A DNA stretch of 64,000 nt from the human T2T-CHM13v2.0 reference genome, Homo sapiens, in the NCBI RefSeq assembly GCF_009914755.1, contig NC_060935.1. One strand, 5' to 3'. Below the pieces are notes generated by a model, which made no database searches, had not been told where the DNA came from, and saw nothing but the letters and a program-made list of their open reading frames with translations. A program made the position numbers and the translations under genes. Shown here in pieces: positions 26,511 to 43,520 of this stretch; position 1 is the first letter of the stretch; every line of letters starts with the position of its first letter.

Positions 26511-29329
26511 TATAAGAAGAATTTCAGGGAGAAAAAGTACCCAATATGGATGGTATGATTCAGGTGGTGCCCAACATTATAGCTATTTTACTTGAGAAAC
26601 TAAAAGAGTTATTGTTATTACTAACTCTTTAAAAAATGACTGTGCTCTCAGTAGAGGGCAGTTGCTAGGAGACTTCCTGAATTGTGAGTATTCAGCCATG
26701 AAAGCCTAAAGAAATTAATGGAGTTTTATTTTAGACCAGTTTACTTACAGAACTCTGAGTGAATAATATATGGTGGAATTTTTCCTAAGAAGTGTCAGAA
26801 GGAAGTGGTGCAAATTGCTTTAGAAAGAATAGCATATTTAGAGAAAAATATGCAGAGTGTGGTACAGCTGGTACATCATAGAATCTAAATCATTTGTCCT
26901 TCCTTTGTGGGAGGAGAGTAGAAGAGGGGGAAGATACAAAGAATATGAATGTAGGGTAGTAAAGAGAAGAGGAGGTAGAAAGGAATGACAGAAGGAGAGC
27001 ATTAATAAATATTTTTGGGTTGAAGCAAGATAATTGGTCTTTTAGGGTGGCTTCAGTGATTTTGTCTTTATTCTCCTTTTCAGGGTTATTTTGCTTGCAA
27101 AGTATAAAATGAATCATTTTCTTTCATTTCCAGTTTCAACTTGGAAGTACTAATTCTGTCTTCCTTACATAAGAGAGGAGAGACCTATTACTGTTGAAGT
27201 TTCTTTAAAAAAAACTATGCTTTAAAACTCAAAACAATTAAGGATTATGTCACAGCTATTTTCGAAATCATTTTTTTTTGAGAGTTCATCTTGACTTCTA
27301 TTACACACTAGACATATATGAACTAACCAGAGATGTGAATGATTCTCTGTACTCTTAAAATCACAGGAAATATATTTCCACCTCCCCCTTTTTTTCTGAT
27401 ATTGGAGTAGCATTTCAGATTTTGGAGATTAGCTTAAGGCAAAGTAAAAGTCATGGAAGGCAGTGTATAAATAACATTAATTATGAAGCTACTTTTCAGA
27501 AGCTAGTAGTAACTTGCTTAGTAATAACCAAAAGGTTGTGCAGCGTTCACAATGCTAGTATTAATTAGCTACATATTTTGAACATCTACTGTTACTGGAT
27601 ACCAAAGAAAGTGGGTTATTTAAGAATCTTCCATTCTTGTTATAAGCTTCCTATGATCCAGTAACTTCTCAAAGGCTTTGCAAAAAGCATAAGTCCTTGC
27701 TTTTTGAGAATTTTTTTTGTGCACCCAAGAAATGTAAACGCAACCATCACTGCTTCTTGTGCAGGTGTGTGCTTTAACAATCAGGGCTGCTTTTGGCATC
27801 AAGAGTATGAGCTATTAAGAGTTTCTAAAAAATACTGACCTAACTAGTCAGTTGCCTCCACCTTATATACTATTCAGGCAAGCCTTCGGAAAGTACACTA
27901 CTGTATTCCTAGTCCAAAATAAGGTAGGCATGAATATATTCAACCTTGTTTGCACATACACCAAGGAAGAATTTAAATTTTTGCCCTTAAGTAGTTTTGT
28001 TTTAGGCAGGAGGAAAAACATATTCAATTTTGAGGTAGGTAATCAACAGGAATGAGAAAAATACAAGACAGTCTAAGATCTAACCTTTGTCCGCCTTTCT
28101 AGGCTTATGTCTTAATACTCCCGAAGTGGCACAAGCTAGGTTATTTCTAGTTCTTAACAGACTACTGTGCTTTTGCACAATGCTCTCAAGTTCAGCTTAA
28201 GCAATGCTCCTCTGGAAGTTCACACCCTAACTCGACTGTCACTCTTCTTTGTTTTCTTCTAGAATCCTGGGATTATCTGAATAATAAATGCCATCACATT
28301 CTACTTTTAATACATACTTCATCTCTTTCACCTAGTGCACTATGAGTTACTACGGGGAAGAATCTGTGTGCCTATCTTTCTGTTTTCAGTGATGATATAC
28401 TGAAAGAATGGTGTAGGAATAGAAATATTCTATTTACCAGTGCTAAGGCTTTTTCACAAAACCAGGCAGAGATCTGCTCATTTTTACTCTGTAAACTTGG
28501 AAAAGTTAATTTATTCAATCTCTATTTTGTCCTAACTAGACTGATCATTATATCTACGATGAATATCAACAAAATGGTAATAAAAAATAGTGTAGTGCCT
28601 GGAAAATCCTTTGACAGAATTATTTGGAGCAAGTTTTTTTTTTTTTTAAATTTGGAAACAAAACAAAAAATTTAAACAAAACTTCAAGAAATAAGCACAT
28701 AGCATTTACCATGATGGTACAATAGCAGTGGATGAAGAAATACCAGAAGAGCTGCCTGCAACCAAACTCATATGGAACCGTGAGTCAAAGGTCAAACCAG
28801 TAACTATCTAAGACAGTCATTACTTGAGAACGAAACGGTCTTCATTTTTCAACTTAGCACTATGTAGAATATGGTTATCACAATTTATTCTATTCCCAAG
28901 ACAACATTTCAAGCAATAAAGTTTATATTCCAGAAAGAAGTTGTTCAGGTCTTATACCTTAATGACAACCTTTGTTGTCCAGAAGATAGAACAACATCAT
29001 AAGAACAAACTTTTACATCAAAAACAAACAAGCAAACAAACAAACAAACAAAAATTCAGAATTGCTTGAGAATGAAAGTGGTAGTGGCTTCAGGTGGTAA
29101 AGCAGCCCACAACTGTTAACTTTAACTTTGACTGAAGTCATTAATGGTATATTTTTTGCCCATCCAGTTTTCTCAAGACAAAGTTCCTTCCTGAATAGCA
29201 GCTACTGCCTGAGACACAGTAGGTGGGCAGCATGTACTTATTAAAAAAGTAATTAATGAATGACAATAATGAATAAAGGAGGAAAGGAAAGAACTGACTG
29301 ACAAATTCAAGGAAACTAATGAAACCATG

Positions 29330-29570
29330 TTGCACAAGAGGCAGTATAGCTTGGTAGTAATGAGTGGTGCTAGCCAGATTGCCTCAATTTGAAACCCAGT
29401 TTTGTCCATTATTAAACATATGACTATGGGCAAGTCAGAAAACCTGTCTACATCTCAATTCTTTTTTGCTTATATAAAATGTACTGCTGTTAGAAATATG
29501 TTACATTACAAAAAAGCCCTTTATAAAAGAACATGGAACTTAGTAAATGCCAGGTCAATGTTAGCTATCA
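29330..29570 (+). mobile_element. MIR
   Basis: agaggcagtatagcttggtagt...tgactatgggcaagtca. Confidence 0.7.
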
Positions 29571-30514
29571 AGATTATTACAAAGATCTTATCTAACACAA
29601 AGCTTACTGAACACAAAGGTCATTGGCAACTATGAAATTAGACCACTGCGATTAAACACAGCTCTCTAAAGCTGAGGGAAGTAGGCAAATAAATATAAAA
29701 TTTGGAGGTTCAACCTCCAAAACTTGCACAGGTCATAAAAATTAATTTTCTGTTGAGATTGGGGGTTGATCCTCCCCAGACACTTCTCACAAAATTGTTG
29801 GAGATAATGGCTCCTTGCAGACAGATTAGAAGTCCTGTTTTACAAGGGTAGACATGTGACTAGACAGATACGCTAATCTTACTTGAGAGCTACCTACTAT
29901 TAATTTACAATATTCGATTATTATCCTGTAGATTTTGGCATACAACAGTAAATGGACATAAGGCAGTTTTATTAACACAGTCCCAAATGCTTTGTTGCTT
30001 ATAATCGCCTTAATTTTGCTTTAGGTTATCATATAACTCCATGGTTCAGAAAGACTGGCTGTGTGTCAATGTCAATCACTGCCTAGGACTACTGAAGCAT
30101 GTGAGAAGCTGGCAAATGAAATAGCTATAACCCTGTCTAAGGGGAGGAAAGGAAGAGATCCATTTACACATGTAGCAGAACTCAGATTATAAATTCTTGG
30201 AAGTCAGGAGCTGTGTCTATACTGGTTGCACAAAGGACTGTGGAAATACGCTTATCAGTAAGCCAGGGTGTTGTTTCTATTGTTATGCAAACCCCACCTC
30301 TCCAGCAGTCTATAAATAGTAATTGCTCTCCCTAATAGGAGACACATTATGTTGGAAGAACAACAGATAATCTCTATGCCATGTGTATCTAAGAAAATTA
30401 ATGAAAATTTAGATTTGTTTTGAAAATGTCAACAAAATAGATACATTGTACATGTACTTTTGAAATCTCTTACTCATAAATCTGCTGTCTCTTCTTTTCA
30501 ATTTTTGTCCAAGT

Positions 30515-30904
30515 TCTAAATTGTGGACCCCTCACAAAATCATATGTTGAAGCCCTAACCTCCCTGTGACTGTATTTGAGGATAGGCTCTATAGGAGATA
30601 ATTAAGGTTAAATGAGTTAAAGATGGTGCTGTAATCCAATAGGACTGGGCCTTGTAAGAGGTGGCTTTATAAGAAGAGAAAGAGAGAGACAGATCTCTCT
30701 CTGCATAAACACCCAGGAAAGGCCATGTGAGGACACAGTGAGAAGGTGGCCACCTGCAAGTCAGGAAGAGAGCCCTCACCAGAAACCTAATCGGTTGGAA
30801 CCTTGGACTTTGTAGTCTCCAGAATTGTGAGAAAATAGATTTCTGCCATTTTAAGCCACCCACCCTGTGGTATTTTCTGATGGCAGCCTGAACTGACAAA
30901 GACA
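30515..30904 (+). mobile_element. MLT1A-type MaLR solo LTR
   Basis: catatgttgaagccctaacc...ggcagcctgaactgacaaagaca; ends about 60 nt from the DLG2 exon donor. Confidence 0.85.
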
Positions 30905-30967
30905 GTCATACACTGGAAAACAAGAGCTTTATAAATATACACACAGTTTTGCTGGAGTCACACTCAC

Positions 30968-31104
30968 CATTAGTAGTCTATCTCCTACTTGCAACCTTCC
31001 ATCTTTTTGTGCAGCTCCTCCATCTATAATTTTAGTTACATAAATGCTGTTGTCTCCAGGAATGTGTTGGTTCCCCACACCTCCTGCAATACTGAAGCCT
31101 AAAC
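30968..31104 (-). CDS. DLG2: DLG2 coding exon, PDZ2 (G)[45 protein letters not shown]
   Basis: Minus strand ...ttctgttcctttcttatag|GT TTA GGC TTC...CTA ATG|gtgagt. 137 nt, phase 1 to phase 0. GLGF loop; residues [21 protein letters not shown] match DLG2 rather than DLG1/3/4. Confidence 0.97.
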
Positions 31105-31891
31105 CTATAAGAAAGGAACAGAAAATGGAAAGCCTTGTTTTGTTGTTGTAGTTGTTTTTAGAAAATGCAGTTAGCCACATTTTAACAGTTTTTAAAAATG
31201 AATCCTCAACTTATTGTAACAGCAATAAATAACACTAAAAACTGTATTTCAATCTCGTTATTTAAATATTTGAAGAATTGTTAATGCAAATGAGGCAAAG
31301 ATTTTGAAGTCAACCCCATGTGAGTAGTTTTGTTCTATTTCCAGACTGTATGCCTAACTGCTGTTCCTCAGCTATCCTGTTTATAAGGGTAACTGGCCAG
31401 AGCAGGGATCAGGTGAAGGGTGTGGAGGAATCCTAGGTGAGCCAGGAAAAAGACAAGTATAGTCCTGCTCATTGTTGACTCTATGGGCTCATTTTCATTG
31501 CTGTTGTTACTCTAGCATAGAGAACAGAAGTACTGCCAATCACTTGGGCAGAGACCTGGATACTCTTGATATTTCAAGATGAGAAATAGAATTGTTCAAA
31601 AATTGCACAAATTCTGAGGCAAGAGCCATGAATAAGTTACACTGTTTATATACATGTAATAATTTCAGAGAGAAGATAAGGAAAAGAAGCTAGATGCTTG
31701 CCTTTCATGTTTTGTTCTCTTGCCACCTTGTCATATTTTATATTTCCTAGCATTTATTGTTATTAACTGATTAACTAATTGTGAGACTAGTCACACAAAA
31801 AAGTGAATTATTCCAGTATACAGTCTAAAAAATTAAAAATATTCCTTAAAAATATTCTATTGGAAAATAAAGAATAAAAAGAATGTTAAAA

Positions 31892-32292
<401 letters not shown>

Positions 32293-32365
32293 TGATTTTC
32301 ACTGTACTATGGCTTATACAATCTTAACTTATATTAAACTATGAAGCAATAACAAGAATAGAGGA

Positions 32366-33565
32366 CAGTCATGCACTGCATAACAATGTTTTGATCAGTG
32401 ATAGAGTACACATACGATGATGGGCCCAAAAGATTATAATGGAGCTGAGAAATGGCTATTGCCAAGTGACATCATAGTCATTGTAACATCATAGCATAAT
32501 GATTACTAAGGTGTTTGTGGTGATGCAGTGTAAATGAACCTACTGCATTTCTAGTCACATATATAAAAGTATAGCATATACAATTGTAAACAATAAATAA
32601 TACTTGATAATGATAATAAATAACTATGTTCCTGGTTTATGTATTTACTACACTATGCTTTTTATTGTTATATTTGAGTGTACCCCTCTCCTTATTAAAA
32701 AAAATGTTAATTGTAGAAAAGCCTCAAGCAACTCTTTCAGGAGGTATCCTACAAGAAGGCATTATTATTACAGGAGATGACAGATCCATGCTGTAACATT
32801 TTACATGTTATTGCTCCTGAACATCTTCCAGTTGGACAAGATGTGAAGGTAGAAGACAATGATACTGATGATCCTGACCCTGGGTAGGCCTAGGCTAATG
32901 TGTGTGTTTGTGTCTTCATTTTTAACAAAAAGTTTAACGTGTAAAAAAAAAAAAAAAAAAAGAAAAGCTTATAGAATAAGAATAGAAAAAAGAAAATACT
33001 TTGTATAGCTGTACAATATGTTTGTTTTAAGCTAAGTGTTATTACAAAAGAGTCAAAAAGTTCATAAAGTAAAAAAGTTACAGTAAGCTAAGGTTAATTA
33101 TTGAAACTTTTTAAAAATAAACTTAATCTAGCCTAAGTGTACAGTGTTCTTTAAGTCTACAGTAGTGTACAATAATGTACTAGGACTTCACATTTACTCA
33201 TTACTCATTCACTGATTTACCCAGAGCAATTTTCAGTCCTATAGGTTCCACTCATGCTAAATGCCCTGTACAGATGTACCGTTGTTTATCTTTTATTTTT
33301 TACTGTACTTTTTCTATGTTTAGATATGTTAAGTTACACAAATAGTTATCGTTGTTTTGCAATTGCCTACAGTACGCAGTATAGTAACATGGTATACAGG
33401 TTTGTATCCAAGGAACAACAGGCTATACTACATAGCCTAGGCTTGTAGTAGTCTATTCTATTTCAGTTTGCTAAGTACGCTCTATTATGTTCCCATAACA
33501 ATGATGACATTGTCTAATGATGTATTTCTCAGAATGCATGCCCATTGTTAAATGACACATGAATG
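32366..33565 (+). mobile_element. Tigger3b-like TcMar-Tigger DNA transposon, near full length
   Basis: TIRs cagtcatgcactgcataac ... gttaaatgacacatgaatg, followed by TA; 1.2 kb. Confidence 0.85.
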
Positions 33566-34641
33566 TATTTTAAAAAGTTATTATGAGATCATTTTAAAGG
33601 AATAATTAATAGACTCTTTAAACGTATAAGAATTTTTAAAAATCTCTTTCAGAATATGTTTGAATGCTCATTCAGTACAATACTTGCAGCATACATTTTC
33701 ATTGCATTTTACAATCATAAGATAATTAACATGCAAATTACTCAAGAAGACAGATATTAATCAAGGGCCTTTTGACTACAGACATAATTTCTATAGCTTA
33801 CTTGGCTTAAGACTTTTTTAGAAAAACCACACACCTAGTAAAATAATAAAGCTATCATTAAAATATTTGGCATTTTATACAACAATAATAAAAAATACTT
33901 AAAAATATTAACTCTACTTCACTATACTTTTATTGAATAAATATTGGGTAAGGTTATGCACTCTTAAGATAGCATAAATAGTTAATTGAAAAATGATGGC
34001 ATAGTAAATTATAAAGCAACATCTCTGGAATTATATTTGAAATGCAATGATCGTTAAATTAACCATAATAGTTGTTAAAAATAAATGGAAAATTGATTTA
34101 AATTGATAGGGCAATTAAAGCAAGTGTTATCTAATTTCCTTGTGATGTGAGTAATTATTTTTACTGATGCTTTGCCACCCCATGGAACAAGGAATATATT
34201 TGTTTGCCTCAGATTTACAATTTGTTTATTAAGCAAATGATGACCAAAGAGTAAAATACCCCAAACTGGCTTTTCCTATAAAATTTAAAATACATATCAG
34301 CTCATGTTTCCCAAAACTGTTACTTTATTATACATGAAAATAGGGAAGTTTTAAAAAATGTATTTACAAAAGTTTCTTAGCCACGTGCTAAGGTCAATCT
34401 ACCATATTTATAAAAGTACAGAGGTTATTCCAAACTCTGAAAAGAGAAGGCTAAAACAAATTCAGAGACTCCAATTTACATCCACTATGCCAGCAGTAAA
34501 TGCCACGGTCTTAGCTACAAGAAGAGCTGTAGAAATAAATTACCACCATAAAAACGGGTAAGTTCAACAAACAGAGCAAGTATGTAGTTGACATTTGAAG
34601 TTGAAGACTGCACAAAGACAATGAAAGCACTATGGATACTG

Positions 34642-34654
34642 TAGATAGATAGAT

Positions 34655-34690
<36 letters not shown>
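34642..34690 (+). repeat. Tetranucleotide STR [TAGA]3 TGA [TAGA]8 TA
   Basis: Read directly. Confidence 0.95.
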
Positions 34691-34691
<1 letters not shown>

Positions 34692-35129
34692 AAATCGAGT
34701 AACATTTTTTCTTGAGATTGGGTTTATGTGCTTCTTTTTAACTAGTGACTCTATTCAAGGTGAAGCAAGGTATTTTTAGTAAATGTTCCTCTCAGAGCCA
34801 GAGCATGTTTCTGAATGTACACAACTAGTAATTTTTCCAATTTCCTTTACTTTGACATAACATGCATGTGTTTAAAAACAATTAAAATTTATTTAACACT
34901 TAATCATATTCTAAATATTCAATTCAGATGATGAATAAATCTGTAGTTTATGTCTACATTGAGAATTTATGTTTATTTACAGGTGGAAATATCTATCTGT
35001 GCTATAAGATTGCATCTATCCTCATTCATTTATTCATTCACACATCCATTCTTTCAATAAGCATCTCCTGAGTACATACTGTGCGTTGTATTACCTGCTG
35101 CTATCGAGCACGGCCAAAGTAAATGTAAA

Positions 35130-35420
35130 GAATTTTTTTTCCATTTTTAATTTTTAGTTGTTATGGATACATAATAAATGTAAATAGGGTGCACATGATA
35201 ATTTGATACAAGTATACAATGTGTAATGATCAAATCAGGATAATTGGGATATCCATTACCTTAAACATTTATCATTTCTTAGTGTTAGGAACATTTTAAT
35301 TCTACTCTTAGTTATTTCGAAATACACAATACATTATTAACTATAGCCACCCTATTGCACTACTGAACACTAGAAAGATCTATTTCTTTTATCTAACTGT
35401 ATTTTTTATCCATTGACCAG
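35130..35420 (-). mobile_element. L1MA 3' end fragment
   Basis: gatacaagtatacaatgtgtaatgatcaaatcaggataattgggatatcc. Confidence 0.75.
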
Positions 35421-35785
35421 AAACACTGTAATAATAATGACCCAAAAGTGAGTTCATATGAGTGAGTGTAGTTGAAACATGTCTGAAGCAATGTTCTAAA
35501 CCCAGATAATGCAAGCAATTTTTGGATAGCTATTCTATGAAGAAAAATGTGGGCTAGGACCACTGAGCAATAAGACCAAACACAAATTACCTGGGTTTTT
35601 CTTGCATAGACTCTGTTAAAGCAGGGGCAGGCTCTCTACCTTATAAGACCTAGACTGGCTAAGGCATGCCATGACTAATGCCCCTGTCCCCCATCCCTGT
35701 TATTAATCTCACATGTCTTCCCTTCATTAGCTAATTTTTCCCTCCTTCATTCCACTCAAAACACACTTGCATCCTTGACGTTTCT

Positions 35786-39100
<3,315 letters not shown>

Positions 39101-39116
39101 CAGCCTTGATATTTCT

Positions 39117-39520
39117 AGAGTACTCCGACATAGTCATAGACTGTCAATTTAGGGTCTTTGCTACAGCTGTTCTGCTACATGGAATATGCTTCTTTCAGGG
39201 CTTTGTTCCAGTCTCAATTTCTGTAGGAGCTGGAACCTAAGCTCCCTATTTAATGCTGTCCCCTGACTATATATATTTTTTTCCTTATCCTGCTCTAGTT
39301 TTCATTTTCTCTTAGCACTTATTACCTTGTAATACACTATATAAGTCATCTACATATTTTGTTTATATGTTTTTTATGTTCTGTCTCCTTGGTGAAAACA
39401 TAAGCTCTGTAATGACATGGTTTTTTGGTCTATTTTGTACTATGCAAGTAGAACAAAACCAGTTACATACTTGCCTCATAAATATGTATTAAGTGAAAGA
39501 ATGAATGAACAAATGAATAT
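39117..39520 (+). mobile_element. L2 3' part (host of the nested L1s; its 5' part lies at about 35700-35785)
   Basis: agggtctttgctacagctgtt...tggaat...taaatatgtattaagtgaaagaatgaatgaa. Confidence 0.7.
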
Positions 39521-42232
39521 AAGAGGACAAGGAAAGTCCCATGTCTCTGAGAAAGTCCCCCCTTAAAGATGAAATTAGTGGCTTTGAATGAGCAAGGGGC
39601 AGAAACAGTGAGCCATGGTAGCTGCAGTCAGTAACTGTATAAGGCATCACATTGCCTCAGGTAAACTTTGATGAGCTCTCCATCCTCAACCTGTACAGGG
39701 TTTATGGTAAGCACTGAGCAGGCAATGGGACAACAGCAGAGGCAGCTTCACTTTCTGATTCTTTCGTCTTATAACTATGCAAATTTGAGTTTCCATTTCT
39801 TTGTAATAAAGGAGTAAGTATATCTATTATCTAGCAATAATAGATACTTGATAAATAAAGTGCTCTCAATAAACTGTCAGGTTGTTGGGAAAACATGACA
39901 CCAACACTTTGGCATAATCTGTCTGGTTTGGATGAGTTCTATATTGCTACCAGCATTATGTGAGGGAAGCATGACTTACTTCTTAGAGGAGAAGGAGAAT
40001 AATTAACAGAAGTTTAGCATTTGGACTGGGTCTTGATAGGTGAAGTTAGAACTGATAAAAGAAAATGCACATTTAAAACCAACATGTCTTCAGATTCCAG
40101 GCTGGATAAATGACTAAAGAGTCAACCGTCCTGAGTTATGTCACACAGGGCTAATAAAGTCCCACTTTACTGATCCGAAAATTGAAGCAAAAATGCCTGG
40201 CAATCAAAACATGTATTTATGATACAGTAAGACAGGGTAGTCCCTACTGAAATGAATACAATGAGTTCCTGACTCAAATTGGATGAAGATTTGTGTAAGG
40301 AACACTTAAAATGGCCAAAATACTGATTTCGGGGAAGTGATAGTTTTGTAACAACTAAAGAAAATTGGTTACCATTTTGAAAAGAAGTGTCCATGAAAAA
40401 GAAATAGCTCTGGACCATCACATGATGACAAACTAGTCCATTATAAAATAAAGTCAGTGAACAGAGTTGGTAGTTCTCACCCCAAAACGCTGATTATAAC
40501 ACCACCTACTGTGGAATGTTGGGCTATTAAGAATAAGACTAAACATTACTGCATGTGGGTCATAAACAAAGCTGACACAGAAAAATGTAAGTAATCATTT
40601 CACAAAAGGAAGTAAAATCAGTGAATATTTCAGTACTCTAGTAAAAGAAAAAGGCATGCCAAATTTAAGCACCTAATTGCTCAAGTAATTAAAAATGACC
40701 TGTTTGGCAATCACTTGACGCACATACAGAATTTCAGGATTACATCAATTATACAAAGCTGGGTTCATCTTTCCAATTTTCTTGCATATCTCCAAGCAGT
40801 GATTTCTCATGTCAACATAAGAAATGCAGGCATAAGCACAGGGAAGTCTGAACCTGATTAAAGCCTTTAACTGAAAGTTTTTCCACACAAAATCTTTTTC
40901 CCATCCTGTAAAAAGAGAACACCATGAACGGATCGTGGTTCACTCTTTTCCCTTGCTGCCCGCCTACGCTGAGGAGGAGGTGTCAGTGAGAGGTGGGGCC
41001 TGAAGCAGAAGCTTGGCAGCAGAGATTGATACTGTGCTGAAGCTCAGAATAAATACTCAAATGCTTTGAAAAGTTATGATTACAATGTACCCGAATATTC
41101 TTTGCGGGTGTAGAGAACTAAGCCCCATGATGTCTTATAATCATTCAGTGAATTGGTTCAACTTTATTTCATGTGACTTTCTTAGGAGAGAGCTCTGGGC
41201 CATCTCTAAACAATTCAAAATTATTAAGCATACTGGTCCTGTCAGAGTTTATTTAGGATCTGCTAGGTAAGGTGTTTACTGCTTTACAGAAAGCACTAGT
41301 AGTTTTCTGCACATTCTGTCTACATGGTTTTATTAAAGGAAACACAGAATCTATCTTGAACCCTGGCTGGCCCTGTCTGAGAAAACACCCACCCTCACAG
41401 GCAACTTAACTTATGAATGTGCATAAGTTTCAGCTAAAAAACAACAAAAAAACCCTTCCCTGTAGGAACTGGTCTACACTGATGAGAGACTACTTGTCAT
41501 CTCTTCCTTTTTAGAAAGAAAATTTTGCTTTAACAAATACCAAAAAAAAGTATGTTTTATTTTAATTTGAGAGAGTAGTTAATCACACTGGCGACTGCCA
41601 ATATGGTTAATTAAAAGCCAAAGCATTATCTTCTTACTCTTTGGATATTCTCTGGATTCCAAAGACAAAATCTGAGGTTGAAAGAAGTGATTCTGCTTAA
41701 AATTTCTAAGGCACTGACAAAGCATCTTCAATCCTGCTTGAAGAACTGCTCACAGGTCACCCAATTAACTTACTATAGCCACAGCCCAAAACTTTTTCTT
41801 CTATTACATATCTTGTAATACCCACTCATACCTTTAGCACATTGCTTTAATACCTATTTTATTCTGAAAAATTCACATTTCTATACCTATCCTTTCTGCT
41901 TTCCCTTTGTTCAAAGGAAGAAACATTATTTCTCTTTTGTAAAATGAAATCTTCCCCTGCACGTTAGGGCTTTACTTTTTTCTTTTTTCTTTTTTTCTCT
42001 CTCTCTCTCTAGAGTATTCAGTTCCTTAGCCTCAATGCTTTTCTTCTTTTATGGATTTGGCCATTCCTCTGTCCTGTCCTGAAAAGATCTCTTCAACCTG
42101 CCACAGCCTCCTTACCATAATAACTGAAGTTTTTAGACACTGATCTGTAGTTCCACCTCTATTTCTATATTACAAACCATCCTTAATCCCATCCATCTGG
42201 CCCCATACACCACAATCTACTCACATGGCATC

Positions 42233-42565
42233 TGTTATAGGTTGAACTATGTCCCCCAGAAAGATGTGCTGAAGTTCTAACTCCTGGTACCTGTGAATGT
42301 AATTAACCTTATTTGGAAAGAAGTTCTTTGCAGATGTGACTTAAGAAGATGAGGTTATATTGGATCAGGGTAGGATTAGGGTCCATTGATTGGTGCCCTT
42401 ATAAGAAGAGGAAATTTGGACACAGAAATAAAAAATACACAGGGAGCAATTTATGTGGTAAGTGACACAGCGATTAGAATGATAAATCTGTAAGCCAAGG
42501 AACATCAAAGATTGTAAGCAACCACTAAAAGCTAGGGAAGAAGCGTGGAACAAACTCTCGCATTT
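42233..42565 (+). mobile_element. MLT1B/C LTR, 3'-truncated
   Basis: tgttataggttgaactatgtccccc...ggtacctgtgaatgt...aagccaaggaacatcaaagattg. Confidence 0.8.
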
Positions 42566-42614
42566 CTAAGTTGTACTCCAGTAGAACTAACCTGTGCCAG
42601 CCTTTCTTCCTCTA

Positions 42615-43520
42615 TTTAACTCATTAAACACTTACTGATGACTACTTATGTGTCAAGTAGCAGCCTAAATATTGTTGTTACATCAATAAATTAGAGATCT
42701 AGTGTTCTTGTCCTCATGCAGCTTATTTTCTACTACAGAATAGGACAAGTATAAAAATCATGAAAATGCAGTGTGGTAAGTGCTGCTATGAGAGGAATAG
42801 TGGCTATGGGAGCATATAGGTGGGCGGCCTACCTTGGGCTAGAGGGGGTAGTGTCAGAGAAGGATAACTTCAGGTCATTATATGCAATCTGAGACCTGGA
42901 AGATAACAATGAACCAAGAAAATAAGGGAGTGGGGAGACATCATCCCTGCAGAGGGAAATATATACTCAAAGACCCAGCATTGAGAGATAACATGGCTTA
43001 GTTGAGAAACTCAGAAATGTTTAGGTGAAAGTAATAAGTAGTTTTAGGCGGAGTGCAGTCTCCACAAGGAAAAGAACCATGACTGTAGAACCATGTCTGT
43101 AGAACCATTAATGTACATTCAGCCCTTGGTACTTGGATATCAATAAATATCCAAGTATCCAATAAGTGAATAAATGAAGATAAGAGGTCACTCCCTCCAC
43201 TGAATTAGAAAAGGAGGAAAGGACAGTGGAGATGAATGCTAAGATTGTAGGATAATAACAGGACACTAAAGAAGTTCTCATCTTCCATTTACTCTGGTAA
43301 CAAGAAAGGATGATCATCAACCAAGAATGAGGGAAGTAGTGAGGTCAGAGAATGAAGAAATCACAGATGTGTTGGAATAGCTATTAGGGAAAATGGAAGA
43401 TATAATTGCTTAGAGAATTGCATAAAATGGCAAAGAGCTGTGTTGATTGTCTAGTGAGGGTTTGGAGACTGTAGATTAATAATAGCACTGTTCTAGGTTT
43501 TTTTCCTCCAGTAATTCTCA
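42615..43520 (-). mobile_element. L2 fragments
   Basis: tcattaaacacttactga...cctcatgcagcttattttctac. Confidence 0.6.

Noticed and set aside
30929-31180. 83-aa ORF as a standalone PDZ protein
   Set aside because: Only 30968-31104 is exon; the rest is intron beyond canonical splice sites.
39821-39846. 10-bp hairpin TATCTATTAT-6nt-ATAATAGATA
   Set aside because: Isolated AT-rich stem in a MIR-like remnant; no supporting context.
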